Positions 63,277 through 64,000 of a DNA stretch of 64,000 nt are shown here, piece by piece. This stretch comes from Eledone cirrhosa. Lineage: Eukaryota. Under the pieces are notes generated by a model. The model was given only the letters and a program-made list of their open reading frames with translations, was not told where the DNA came from and did not search any database. How positions within the stretch are numbered: the first letter of the stretch is position 1; every line of letters begins with the position of its first letter. Where the stretch lies: contig OZ024741.1 in the NCBI GenBank assembly GCA_964016885.1, positions 320,540,001 to 320,604,000 of the forward strand, given 5' to 3'. A program made the position numbers and the translations under genes.

Positions 63277-64000
63277 GAAAAATGAAACGAAATTTCATTT
63301 CTCACTCTTAGTACGGCTGTTACTTAAATATAAGTATGTATACGTACATACATATATGTATACAGACGTACAATAGTATGTATATATATATACATACATG
63401 CACACACATATATATATATATGTACGTATGGATTTACCGAACATTTATTATAATGCTCGGTTTTTTTGTAAACAAACATCCCGAATTAAGCCGTACAAGA
63501 AGGTGCTGACGATAGCTAATAAGCTTGAAACTAGTACATCATTCCTTTGACAGTGTTGAACAAAAGGGCAAAGATGATTGCTAAACACTGTACGGCTTAA
63601 TTCGGGATGTTTGTTTACAAAGAAACCGAGCATTATAATAAATGTTCGGTAAATCCATACGTAGAGATATATATGTGTGCATGTATGTATATATATACAT
63701 ACTACTGTACGTCTGTATACATATATGTATGTACGTATACATACTTATATTTAAGTAACAGCCGTACTAAGAGTGAGAAATGAAATTTCGTTTCATTTTT
63801 TCTATTTATCGTTTTCGGTGCGCCCAGCCGATTGACTCACTCGATATGCATATTAGGCTGCTCAGCCGTTAATATGCATAAGGAAAGTATATACTTTCAG
63901 ACGTTCAATCATCTGCCAGGAAGGTATAAGGTGCTGACGCTAGCTAATAAGCTTGAAACTAGTACATCGTTCCTTTCTCAGTGTTGAATAAAAAGGCAAC
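63277..64000 (+). mobile_element. Non-coding 428 bp tandem unit with HHR plus 5' inverted arm (retrozyme-like); runs off window
   Basis: HHR GGTG-CTGACGA-TAGCT-AATA-AGCTT-GAAA-CTA-GTA^-CATC at 63502-63540, repeated at 63930-63968 (A9C); 63277-63496 inverts ~63590-63802. Confidence 0.8.

Overview
AT-rich, microsatellite-dense animal (eukaryotic) DNA, probably cephalopod/octopus judging by SINE style and repeat density (inference). I can support no host gene. The centre is a ~14 kb young tandem array of a Penelope-like retroelement (PLE; RT plus C-terminal GIY-YIG, Naiad-like motifs; ~3544 bp unit) inserted in (TA)n. It has one intact ORF, two copies sharing a TAG stop, a 5'-truncated copy and a 1.4 kb inverted end. 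Each unit carries a type I hammerhead ribozyme (HHR) with a compensated U3-A8 core variant. Reading both strands by eye I found about 25 HHR or HHR-like motifs (some degenerate) from many unrelated (TA)n-flanked families. These include decayed PLEs, fold-back palindromic PLE ends and non-coding retrozyme-like tandem units of ~428, ~567 and ~999 bp. Also present: a Tx1/L1-type LINE in (GATA)n, RLE-endonuclease LINE fragments in (CATA)n, a decayed Helitron with a clear 3' terminus, tRNA-derived SINEs with TSDs and a ~29/95 bp satellite. All family assignments are from motif recognition, not database searches.
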